A stretch of DNA of 64,000 bases from NCBI GenBank assembly GCA_051294905.1, contig CM119371.1, positions 5,644,001 through 5,708,000 of the forward strand. The letters run 5' to 3'. How positions within the stretch are numbered: the first letter of the stretch is position 1; each line of letters starts with the position of its first letter. Under the pieces are notes generated by a model that was not told where the DNA came from, searched no databases, and saw only the letters and a list, made by a program, of their open reading frames with translations. Below are positions 13,708 to 25,126 of this stretch, piece by piece. Made by a program: the position numbers and the translations under genes. Origin of the DNA: Botryllus schlosseri. Its lineage: Eukaryota.

Positions 13708-15135
13708 CCGTAATTTTCCATGTATAATCCGCAAAATGTTCACGATTTTTTGCCCTAAAATAGGGGTTGCGTATTATACATGGGTACAACAAGCCTTGAA
13801 AAATCTCCCTAGATAAAAAACTTGAAATCACACCTATCTTCATGTTTGTTTCCAATCGCGCATCACTTTCAGCCATCGAGCGTAGTAATTAGTGGGAAGC
13901 GAGTTGCCAATTAAAGTAAGCGATCTCCTGCTGAGTTGCTTTGCCGTTTGTACGCGAGCGAAATTAGGTCACTTATAGACACTCGCGCGCGGCAATCCTT
14001 GCCAATTCATCGCGTCGAAGACAGGCCCGAACAATCGCATATGCAATTTATACATAAACAAGAGGCCATGTCCGCAAGATATAATCGCTTGCGTAATCAG
14101 TCGCATCTCCAACAGACCTGTTGCGCGCGCATGACATAACCGTTAGCCTAGGCGCAATCGCATGTGTAATAGGCATCGTGCGCAAGATGTCGGTTCGTTG
14201 GCCTAAACCAGGGGTAGGCAAATACGGACCGCGGACCGCGAGAGTCTAAAGAAACTTATTAAAAATATTGATAAAATCCGTACTAAAAATCGAATTAATG
14301 CAGTGACTTGATTGAACTTTTTCTTAGTATATTTCACCATGATAATTCTAAGGCAGTGGGTCTCAACCTGGGGGACGCGAGCCCCTTGGGGTCATGAAAG
14401 CATCTGAAGGGGATCGCGAAGCTGAGCTCAACTGAAATTTTTTTCACGCTTCGCGTGATTTACTTTCAATTCATAATGCTTGCTCTGTATTTAGTATGAA
14501 TTTCATATTTAAAGATCTCTCATCAATAGTCGTAACCTCCCATGCCACCAAACTATCCGTTAGGTTTGCTATAGCATCCTGGTTGCGTTTTGTGATATGA
14601 CGATATGCGAAATCTACACATATAGTATAAAAGCGTGTTTGAAAGCTAACATGGTTATGATGCTGTCAGCATTGTGTGTCCTGGAACTGAGCACAAAGCG
14701 GAATTAGTAAATCTATGAACAAATCACTGCTCACGGATGTAAATTTCAATCCTGTTCTAAGAATCGGGACAACAGATTTGTCATCTCTATAGTTTTGACC
14801 AATTGGTTGTTATTGAGGTCGACCAACCTATGAAATCTCGCCATTGTTTCTGGCGCGTGTACGATATCATCATAGCAATGTTTGGTTTGTTTCAAATGAG
14901 CATATTATCTCCATGTCCTCACTATATAATCAAATACCAGCAATATTGCGTTTTGGTTTATGATCCCGATTTTATATAGTGCGGCCCGGTAATGGATTCA
15001 GACGTTGAATGCGGCCCGCGAGCTCAAAAGTTTGCCCACCCCTGGCCTAAACTAACCCGCCGCCGGCCTCGCAGGCATTGGCTGCTATCTACTATCGTTT
15101 ATATAGCCAATACCGTTAATTGTATAATGATTAGC
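13708..15135. mobile_element. Tc1/pogo-like MITE (partial), interrupted by hAT MITE
   Basis: Starts TA|CCGTAATTTTCCATGTATAAT; reverse complement of 37281-38120 family. Confidence 0.7.
14209..15044. mobile_element. hAT MITE family C containing a family-B insert
   Basis: CAGGGGTAGGCAAA / TTTGCCCACCCCTG; perfect TSD GCCTAAAC. Confidence 0.85.
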
Positions 15136-16096
15136 AATCGCATCTGTAAAAGGTCTCATCGTGCTCAAGATGTCGTGTCGCGAGCATGAGTCCCGTATGT
15201 CTAGTACTCTAGCTTACAACAAGACAGACATCGATTCACCGTATTACGCATCGTGAATGGGTGCGATAGAGGTGTGTCTGTACCGTATATAGTCAATTCG
15301 ATATACGGCGCTTTCGAAAGCTTGGTCATCGCGCGTTGCATACTCAATGCTCGTTGTTAAAGGGGCACTGCGCTCTAAAAATGATGTGGTCTTAAATTGA
15401 AGAAAAAAAAAGAAACATTTTGGCCGCAACCATTTTCTTTAGAACGCCAACGTAAAGGAGCTTCAATTTAATGAAATTTCCACAGGACCAGAACGCTCCA
15501 GCGGTCACGGCTGCGCGTCATTTCTTAACCCGTTACATGGCACTATCGAATGTAAACATTACATTACATTCGATAAGGGCACGATGCCTTCACCGAGGCA
15601 CTTGCTCTATGACGCGATTAGTCAGTCTTGCTGAGAACGAACTTTAGATAGTTGTCAGCCAATGTTATGAAGTAAATATGTTTACACGCCAAGGCGGTTT
15701 AGATACGGCTTTGAACAAACGATGTTGCGATGTTGTTATGAAAAGTTGCGCGTGACGTTGGCCACCAATTACTCTCTGGCGATATAAATTACACCGGTAT
15801 GCTTTTTGTGGAGGCTGAGTTGTGGGTTCAGGTTGGGTTTGCGTACCGTTGGATTACGGTTAGGGATGATGAATTTTACTACAGTACCCGAACCCTGAAC
15901 ACAATTTTGAATGTCATAAATTTTGTCATGTTCATGGGGAACACTGATTGGTGGTATTCGTGTTGTGGATAAGAAATTTCTGTTATCCTGAAAAAACGTC
16001 TACAGTATTGTCTTGCTCCACCCAGAATCTTCATAATAAGTTTGTTCCACTTTGTATTGAGGATATACCAATGCATTGACATTATTGCAAGCTGCA

Positions 16097-16510
16097 ATGA
16101 CAAGATGTGCTGTTACACCGTGTGAAGTTGCAACTAATGACGCAACGCATACTCTTCATAAAATTCCTTATGGAATTGCACTAAGGCGCGAGTGGTTTAA
16201 TGCCATAGGAATCTCGTTGAACAAGATAGAGCAGAAAAGATTCTTGTATGCAGTAGGTATTTCAAGATAGGCGATTATACTCGTCCCCGTAAAGGAGATA
16301 CCTGTTGCAAGCGTCGACGACTTAAAAGGGGTTGGTGGCAATCATCTCTAGCAAACTCTCATGCATATTATAAATGGTTCTCTTGTATTTCTTGATCGAA
16401 GCTGTACCTTCGTTGTATCTTACAAAGCAGTTCTATAAAACCAAGAACGTATCAGATCGGAAATTGACTATAGTTTTGGACAAAGATCAATCTTTGGCGG
16501 AACCTTGTCA
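16097..16510 (+). pseudogene. THAP zinc-finger N-terminus of the Kolobok transposase gene (spliced, frameshifted)
   Basis: MTRCAVTPC..LHKIP..LRREWFNAI, frameshift to ILVCSRYF (C..HF motif with H>Y), then ~70-bp GT-AG intron and AVPSL (THAP AVPTIF box); further small candidate exons up to ~16907. Confidence 0.8.
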
Positions 16511-16957
16511 AGTAAGGCTACATTTGCTTTTCCCTACAGCATGTTGGATTGACTTTTATTCATCTCTGTTTAGGAATCTGACTCAGATTTTATGGGCCCA
16601 ACATGTTCGAAATTGATTGGTAGGAAGCCGACCAAGTCCAAGGTATTTGTTGGTAACTATATTGAAAGTTCCCAAATGCATTATATAACATTTATCTCGA
16701 CAGACCGTTACGCATACAACAGCAATCGAAGAATCTACGATCACTAAAACTCAAGAATCTTGCAATGTAAGTCCTTGTTTTCAATTTCACATGGCAATGA
16801 TTCTATAGAGATTTGCACTGTTTTTGTTCAGTCATCGGATTCAGATTTTATTGAATCGAAATCTAATACAGGCATCAGTAAAGGACGTTCCACGCGCAAG
16901 CTTCCAGTAAGTACACTTGAGTGAATTGATTTGAGAAGGTTACCAGTATACATGGGC

Positions 16958-17210
16958 CCTGTGGATATCAAGCTGTATCAGTTGTATCACTCTGTGGATA
17001 TAAAGCTGTATCACCCTGTGGATATAAAGCTGTATCAGCTGTATCACCCTGTGGATATAAAGCTGTATCAGCTGTATCACCCTGTGGATATAAAGCTGTA
17101 CCAGCTGTATCACCCTGTGGATATAAAGCTGTATCAGCTGTATCACCCTCTGGATATAAAGCTGTATCAGCTATCAGCTGTAGCACGGCTCTATCAGCTG
17201 TATCACTCTA
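16958..17210. repeat. 33-bp minisatellite (~7 units)
   Basis: Unit CCTGTGGATATAAAGCTGTATCAGCTGTATCAC; explains repetitive ORFs 16931-17395. Confidence 0.95.
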
Positions 17211-18286
17211 CCTGTATGGAATCGGTGTCTTGTGTTCAAACAATTCTTGATTTTTTTTATTATTATTTTTTTAATTACTTTAACTTTGAGAATCATCGTT
17301 GCTCCCATATTATAGACGAACCGTACCGAGATTCACCCAGGTATCACTCTGCAATTAGTATCAGGTCTATACTATGTCTGGGATGCGCGAAATAGTCTAG
17401 TAGGCTGTCACACATTTAGTGAATCAGCTCTTCTCGCCTACACGCGCGAAGAAAGAGAAAATTCTATATTTCATGATTGAGTCGGTCAATATATGATCGG
17501 GAATTGCATATAGATTGCTAGCAATTTTTATAACGTCTCTCTGCTCACGTAATCTAATTTAGGCTACCGGCCGGTAGAACTGAGTGAGGTGTGTTTGAAA
17601 AGGTAGGACATACTGTAAGGTCCTGATAGGCCCACTAATTTGACTTGGTTATTGCTGTGCAAGTTGTTGAACAGTAGTTCATACTCTACTTTTATCTTGG
17701 GACACCGTCTTGCTTTCTTTTGCAATATTTCGTTAATATATTTCAGTCCATTAGATCCGTGGGCATGGGCGTGTGACTGGATAGCTTGGGACTCTTCAGC
17801 ATTCTTGTTGAATCCACTTTTTTTTAAACTCTGGTTGGTGACATCAAATGCTTCGCATTCATGTTATACCAATTTTCACTTTTAGCAGTTTCTGATCGCA
17901 TTTTCAAGTACCAGTACCAATAGACGAAATCTCAACAGGTAGGTTACTGTACTGCTCTTCAAATTACAATGAAATGTTGGTCTTGGCTGTCTGAGTCTCG
18001 AGTCATATGACTTGGTTCAAGTCATGCGCAATGACTCGAGTCAATACACAGATTGACTAGAGTCGAGTCATCAGAAAATCGTGACTTGAGTCGAATCATT
18101 ACAATCCTGGTGTCTGATTCCATAGACTACCCTAAGTCGCTTCGACACTTTCCTATCCTTTTATTTTCATTGTATTGCATTTTTGTGGTGTATTGAACTG
18201 ATAAAATTGCTAATATAGACCTATGATGATGACACTAGTTATCGGAGTGTGGTCAGATCACTAAATTTCACACCTTCCGTTTTTAG

Positions 18287-18709
18287 GATCATTGGAAGTT
18301 TATCACAACGTCATACTGGAACTTGCACCTAAACGTCTTCATTTTACTTATGACACGATGCTTGCACGAACCGAACTGGCAGCCCTGGATCACAATGAGA
18401 ATGTTGGGAGGTTTCAGGCAGTGACACGAGAAGGTTTGCTGTGTCCATGACATGTCTGCAAGTCAAGGTACTTGGTTAGTTACTTACCATATATTTGTTT
18501 AAGCAGGTGTTCTACGATTCAAAAAAATTTACTCTCGGACAGCAAAAGAGTGGATCTTGAAAAGCATATATGAAAAGAAGACGAACCACTATGCGAGAGA
18601 GCTTTTGAGACGAACTGTTGAGAATCGCAGTAACCTTTCTAGAAATGTGCATCCAGAACCAGCTCCCTCTACAGAGGAATTACTTTCGAAACGGCGTTCC
18701 CGAACATGA
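18287..18709 (+). pseudogene. C-terminal exons of Kolobok DDE transposase
   Basis: Exons 18287-18433 and 18507-18709 (GT-AG intron) splice in frame: GSLEVYHNVILELAPKRLHFTYDTMLARTELAALDHNENVGRFQAVTRE/GVLRFKKIYSRTAKEWILK...*; LExYH..PKR..LAALDHN is the motif I recognise from this transposase family; central catalytic part absent. Confidence 0.8.
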
Positions 18710-19391
18710 CTGAGATATAATAATCTTTGTAATTCTTTGCCAATGACTTTGTATTGCAGTGCTACTTAGGCAGCTTACTAGCTCCATTAATTTCTTCCAC
18801 ATGTTTCTAGTTACTACTAACTGCCCCGTTGTAATACCCCAGCTATGTTCCAATTGTCTGGTATTTATTAAAAATCAAAATAGCAATGTATGAAACACAG
18901 CAGCCACTGTTGGAATATAGAATGCAGTACACCATACGGAACTGATTTCGACTTATATTGCAGAGCCGCAGTGTTTTTAATCACAGTTCGTTTTCTGTCG
19001 GCCATTTGAAACCGACATACAGTCCATCGTCACTAGGATACTTCTGTCTTATAGCAGTGACGATGCAGGCTGGCAAGGGCATCCGGTTTTTGCTACCCAA
19101 AACTTCGCCATCCATAATCCATTCCAGTATGTGACGATAAGACACCAAGCGATATTGTCTGCAATTGGAAAATCTGAAAGTATACTGCAGCGATAAAAAA
19201 TGCTGAAATCTAATAGCAGCATAGAGATATGACCGAGAATATGATGCTCTCAAATTAAAAAGTGTAGGCATTTTATGGAAAGTATTCGATAATAGGTTAA
19301 GAATGCAGGAAACTGTAGTTCATCTCCAACAACCATGTCACGTCACATATATATAGGCCCAATACTAAACACAATACAAAATGTACTAGGA

Positions 19392-19812
19392 CAGAGGCCT
19401 CAACCCAGCGAGATAGTATAATGGTTATGCGTCCGGCTGCTCGAGCAGTAGGTTGTGGGTCGATCCCCGGCCGGGTCATACCAAAGACTCGAAAATTGGT
19501 ATCCGCAGCTATCCTGCTAGGCGCTCAGCAATCACGTATAGCATGGAGGAGAAAAAAAACGGGGGCGCAGACTAGATGACCTCATGGGGCCGTATCGCAA
19601 CTCCGTCGTCAAAGCATCTTGATGGTGCAGGCGAAAAAGAATATCATCTCTCTCTCTCTCTTAAACACGCGGCCTGCGCGCCGCATGCTGCCCTTGAGAC
19701 CATTTTGTACGGCCCGCGACAGCATTCTGGATTTCGAAGTATTCGTCAATATTTAACTACCAGCAAAAAGTAGGAAATTGGCCCACGAGCACATTCGAGT
19801 TTGAGACATCTG
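19392..19812. mobile_element. Short hAT MITE interrupted in its left TIR by a SINE
   Basis: CAGAGGCCTCAA ... GTTTGAGACATCTG; TSD TACTAGGA/TTCTAGGA. Confidence 0.7.
19404..19660 (+). mobile_element. tRNA-derived SINE
   Basis: A box TAGTATAATGG (19414-19424), B box GGGTCGATCCC (19457-19467), central GGTCATACCAAAGACT..AAATTGGTA..CCTGCTAGGCGCTCAGCA domain, (TC)n tail. Confidence 0.8.
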
Positions 19813-19917
19813 TTCTAGGACCTACTTGTTAGAAAGTCTTCTGCCAGGACCGTGCGGTTGATTGTTATTATTCCAGTTTTTTCTGTTCACTTTGAAAAAT
19901 ATTTCAAGAATGGAGGG

Positions 19918-20546
19918 TTACGTACCAATTTATCGCCTTACTACCGTAAGCATCGAATTTTGCGAGTTGATGAACTGTATCGCTTCGAAGTATCAAAAGT
20001 TGTTCACAAATATTTTTCCAATAGTCTCCCTCCTGTGTTTGATGACTTTTTCATACCTGCTAAACATGTCCATTCCCATTACACGAGATCTTCGTCTAAA
20101 GGAAACGTCTACTTACCCCAATCCAATAGCAACCTAACTAAGAGATCTATCGACTACTCGGGACCTATCATCTGGAATGCATTACCATCACATATCCGTG
20201 AATTGCCTTATAATAGATTCAAAAAAGCCCTACTTGATCACCTCTTGTCGTTACACTAACACTGTTGCCCTACCCCGCCCAGACATTGCTTCATTGATCA
20301 TTTGCTACCAGCATTGTTTAATTTTTTTTCTATTTTCCTTTCCTAACTAAACACTTTTTTACAGCCAGACTGTTCTGAGTCAAGTGTACCTGTTTGATGC
20401 TGGTGTGATCAGACTAGATGACCTTCACGATCTTATCGATTATTCCTATCTAATACCGAATACTGTGCACGCATATTTTCTGTACCACCATCATTGCCGT
20501 TTGTTATGTATTTTGGTTCGATGAAAATAAAGACTCTCTCTCTCTC
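19918..20546 (+). mobile_element. 5'-truncated CR1/L2-like LINE (family 1): ORF2 C-terminus + 3' UTR
   Basis: ..ILRVDELYRFEVSK..HSHYTRSS..RSIDYSGPIIWNALP..FKKALL* typical RT C-terminal end; AATAAA + (CT)n tail; near-identical copy 25976-28276. Confidence 0.85.
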
Positions 20547-21443
20547 TTGTATATGTAGGATAAAATCGTCATGTTCTGTTATGCAAGGCGACCCTCCATT
20601 CCCCAGCAGCTCCATTATTTGTTGTATTTCCCTGCAGCAAACACACTCATTCTCGTTTGGCATGCGTGGACAGTTCAAGCAGCTGCACCATTCATTGTCA
20701 AGTGTCCGAAGTTGACTCTGGTTTTATGACGATTCCTCCGACCAATACAATAACATTGATAAATTGCATTTAAGAAACACAGTGCAATACTTACAGAGAC
20801 ATGAGTTTGTGTTTCTTGAGTTGCAACGAGACGGGCAAATTCCTCCTCTGAATATTGTGGTTCGAATTGATACGGCATGCTCTCACCAAATATCGTGATA
20901 TCTTCTACATCTGTGTCTTCATCAGAAATTAATTCATCACACAGATCTTCTTCCATACCAGTAATAATGTTAACAAATTATACATTATCTACGTGTCAAA
21001 GGAATTGCATAAATGAACTGATGGAAACAAAAATTCATTTGTGAAACTGAGAACAACATCATACGATAAAAATATCACACAATATTTGTACAAGCCTGTC
21101 TGCATTCGTTCTCGACTTGCAACTCAACGGCGCTTCTTCGAAGTACGATCCAAAACAAGCCAATGTCAATCGTGCAACCAATGCTATCCATGAACAGTTG
21201 AACACGATAGACAGGTTGTGTAGAGCAAAACGGAGATGAATATGGCCGTTATAGGACTGCATTCAAGTACAATTTTGTAAACATAGCTATTTTATTACAA
21301 TATCCCATCACTACATGGCCGGTTTCAACTGATAACGCCACAAAAGCTATAAACCGGTGACATGGTCGACATTGCAGATTCAGTAGTAAGGAGAATTGCC
21401 CCGTGGACCTTTAGGGGCTGAGGGAAAGGAAGACACACTACAC

Positions 21444-22297
21444 CAGTGGTTCTCAACCTTTTTGTCTTCGCGGACCCCTTTCGGACCGTCAACGACCCCC
21501 GCGGACCCCCACGAAGTTTAGTTCAAATTTAGCTCAAATATCGTGCAATCGTCGTCTGTCTTGTGCAAATGATAACTGTAGGCTTAGTAGGCTTAGTGAT
21601 AAACAGCAACAAAATGACTTTTCTTGAAAATAAGATCATACACTTACTCATGTAGAAAGTGGATTGACTATTATTTCAAAGCGAATTCTGCAACTGCATT
21701 TCTTGAAATACGTGATCGTGTCTTGAAAATCCACCCCTTCGATTTGATATGAACATTGAACAAGTGCCGAAAATCCATTTCCATAAATATAGGTGGCGGC
21801 GAATGTAATAATATCGCGTAACGCTTCCGACGACGCATTTGGGTATGATCGCAACAAATGTGGCACCAAAATGACATATAATGAATATACAACGTCAAGC
21901 CTGGTCATTTCTATCTAGCAGCTTATCTTGAAGTTATTATGGAAAAAGTGGTCGTGTGTATTACAGAAGAAAAATGATTTTTGTTAACATTTCGAAGTCA
22001 CCGTCATTGACCTTTCTCGTCAAACGTTTTTTCCACAATCCCCAACAAAACATCTCTAAATTGCAAAATGTTTGTATCAGTAGGCTATGGGCAATTTAGC
22101 AATTAAAATGAGCTGCACAGTGGGATATTTCATCTCAGATGACGATTCAATTGATGTGAACTCTGGAGTTTTTCGAGTAATGAAGCGAAACTGCCTCGTG
22201 ATTTTCCGAATTTTTAAAATATACAAATTAGGTTATCAACTATTTTGAGGCTTCGCGGACCCCCAGGGGTCCGCGGACCCCCGGTTGAGAACCACTG
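21444..22297 (-). mobile_element. hAT (Charlie/Buster) deletion derivative
   Basis: CAGTGGTTCTCAACC / GGTTGAGAACCACTG; perfect TSD CACTACAC; - strand FW..SYP....ALR..ITFAATYIYGNGFSAL hAT dimerisation remnant. Confidence 0.85.
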
Positions 22298-25126
22298 CAC
22301 TACACTTTCATTTGAAATTAGCCGAACGAAGTTTCCAGACAATTTTTGAAATATGAACAACCCTTCTGTGCAGTCAGTAATACGCTGTAAAATCACTGCT
22401 TAAAATTTACAGCTGTATGAATAGCTTTGCATCAATATATAACTGCAATGGCATCTCAATTGTCAGCATCAGTCATCTGGCAAATATTATAGAGTCATAA
22501 CAAGCTTCAGACACAAATCCTCCTGACTTAACATTGTACGCTGGTTGAGCGCCGGTACCGTACGCTTATACTTGACGTAACTAAACCGCCCTGGCGTGAG
22601 ACATAATTCCTCCATAATATCGGCTGACAACTGTCTGAAGTTCGTTCTCTAAGTGACTGCCTTATCGGGTCGAGCAAGTGCGACAATGAAGATAACGAGC
22701 AATAAATTTTGTCAACGGGTTAAGAAACGATGACGCACAGCCGCGACCGCTGGAGCGTTCTGGTCCTGTAGAAATTTCATTAAATTGAAGCTCCTTTACG
22801 TTGGCGTTCTAAAGAAAATGGTTGCGGCCAAAATGTTTCTTTATTTTTTTTCTTCAATTTAAGACCACATCATTTTTAGAGCGCAGTGCCCCTTTAAGCT
22901 GTGGCATTATTAGTTGAGCTTTGGACATTAACACATATATCGGCAGGTGGGTATTATGGGAAATAAGGAAGTTGTTAGTCAGGCTTATTCAGATAACTTA
23001 GTTTGTTGTATATTTTGCATTGGGATAATAGTGCTTCACATACTTGTACATGTACAGACTAACTGAGCACTGGATTTTGAAAAAACTTAACTTGAATTGG
23101 AACTAGCATTACTGACTGTGAATCGCAATCAGAACTAGGCTTTCTTCAGTAAAATCCGCAATCAGTGGACTATCAACTAACTATGATCATAGTTCGTACA
23201 ATCTACAAGTTTGGAGCTTTCTATAAAAATCAAGTTATCGTGATTTCAGAATCTCGCCTAACAAATCGACATACTGTTTACGGAGGCCTCAGTCAGATAT
23301 ACTTTCGATGCAACCTGCCATTTTTTGTGTTAATCATCATTTATTAAAATACACCACAAAATTGCGATATAATGAAAAGATAGGATGGTGGCGAAACTAT
23401 TGAGAGCAATCTTTCGGTCAGACACACACCTTGGCCTACATGCAAATAATAAGCATGCACACTGCACACTGAATTTAAGAAAGGATATCCAGTGGTACTT
23501 TCAAAATATCATGTTAGATAGAACCTGATATTGTGCTGTGTCAGACAATTTGTCTATTCTTTTACTAGTTTGTGTATTTGGTGTTTGATTTTTTGAAGTT
23601 GTGTTAGTATTTTCTCAATGACTCCGTGTAAAGTGTGCTAAAATCTTGAAGTTTAGTCCTACCATCCTTTGTAGCCAGTGCTGGGATCAAGTCAATATCT
23701 CCGAGTCTTTTCCAATTCATACCTACTTGATATCCATCAACAATCAGTGCTCCCCACAAATTAGTCGAAGTCATGCGGTACTTATAATTGGTTTAGGGCA
23801 GTCTTGGGCAACCAGAGAACTTTCAGCTTTTCTAAATAGATTAGAATTGAATTATAGCTAAGCCGTCACATTTCTTTCCATATAAGATAAGAATTAGAAT
23901 TTCTGAATTCGCAAAAACTTGAAAATTGAATCAAGTTAGTTCAGTTCATATAATCCAGAGTTGATTCTCATGAGCATGTGAAGGTCAAATGTTTTTTCAG
24001 CAAACTTGAATTGTGTCGCACTATACAGTTCTCCTGCTGTAATTTCGAAACAACTTGAAATTAACTTAAAAATAAAATGAGAGCATAGAAACATTTCCCA
24101 TATTCATTTAGAATTATAATTATAGAGAACAAATTAGATAAAAAATTAAATTACCGGCATTTCGCTCTAATGACTGTAACCAGACAGCTAGAAGCATGCA
24201 TTCTAATCGGACATTTTTGCGATCACATTTTCGCCATCCCCAGATGGCGTACGCGATGATAAGACCTGATAATAATCGCCCTGCAGGATAATTCGGGTGA
24301 ATTAAACTCCCCATGCCTCACAGCTTCAATGGTTGATGAAAATATAGCCGAAATAGACTCTAGGTATTTTGAAACATTTTTGAAACCTTCTTGAAATGTT
24401 TGAAAAAGATTTAAAACGTTAATTATTTGCGGGGAAAGGTCATCACTACGAATTTTTTGTGCGCAACTTAGATGTTCTATTCGCAGAGACCGTGTTATCA
24501 CTGCGCATTTGCGCACGTGCGCAGCTTGATGGGTACATTGACAACAAGCATTGTTACTGGAGTTCTTGCTCCATACGCTCAAAATTGATTTTGTCTAAAC
24601 TTGGTGTACGGCCTTTTTTCATCTCAGTTGACGCCTCTAATCTCAACGAGGTGAAGAAGTTTGGTTTATTACCCTATGGGGGGGGGGGGGGGGGGGGGTA
24701 ATACCAACGTTTTCGGGGGGGGGGGGCGGGGCGGGCGAAGTGCTGTTTCGGCCCAGAGTAAAGGTAAACCTAGACCTACGCTGTCGTGAGTTCAATGAAC
24801 CACTTTCTAAGAACAGGGAGTTGCTGGAGATGATTGTTTTTGGCAAAAAGTATGGAATGTGATACTCCACGGCACGTATAAATAAAAAGTATGTTCAAAA
24901 ACGCTTTTTCATGCTAATCTAATTTTTCTACTGTCCTTATTTTTGGGTCCATGTCGATGGCAACCCTGTATATATTACTTGCCTGATATGATACAAAAGA
25001 CGTACATATATCATGATAACGATAACGTTAATAAAAAGGAAGCTATGACAGGTTACTCCAGTTGCAATGTAACACGATAACATGCCGCTTACACTGACTG
25101 AAAAACCTTACCGGCAGCGAAATTTG

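Larger units (their letters stand above)
18981..20956 (-). pseudogene. KolX-like / P2X7 C-terminal (ballast, nanor-like) cysteine-rich protein gene, disrupted by insertion
   Basis: Exon 20956-20795 (acidic, PYQFEP), exon from 20717 WCSCLNCPRMPNENECVCCREI..CITEHDDF, last exon from 19158 RQYRLVSYR..W..LGSKNRMPLPACIVTAIRQKYPS..YVGF; 1.2-kb insertion 19358-20549 in exon 2. Confidence 0.85.
15361..22893. mobile_element. Kolobok-type DNA transposon (internally deleted, with nested insertions)
   Basis: TTAA at 15357-15360 and 22894-22897; termini AGGGGCACTGCGCTCTAAAAATG / CATTTTTAGAGCGCAGTGCCCCT; near-perfect TIR ~170 bp, diverged to ~340 bp; contains THAP, transposase C-terminus and convergent Cys-rich gene. 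Confidence 0.9.

Noticed and set aside
16931..17395. 154-aa ORF with repeated VDIKLYQLYHP; array superficially CRISPR-like
   Set aside because: Pure 33-bp tandem repeat with no unique spacers, no cas genes, eukaryotic context
19404..19475. Possible tRNA gene
   Set aside because: A/B boxes present but no good acceptor stem and it continues into a SINE body and tail
15357..22897. piggyBac assignment because of TTAA TSD
   Set aside because: Termini are AGGGG..CCCCT not CCY..RGG, and encoded motifs fit Kolobok rather than piggyBac
24677..24735. Long poly-G runs
   Set aside because: Homopolymers in a MITE-like remnant; length may be a sequencing artefact
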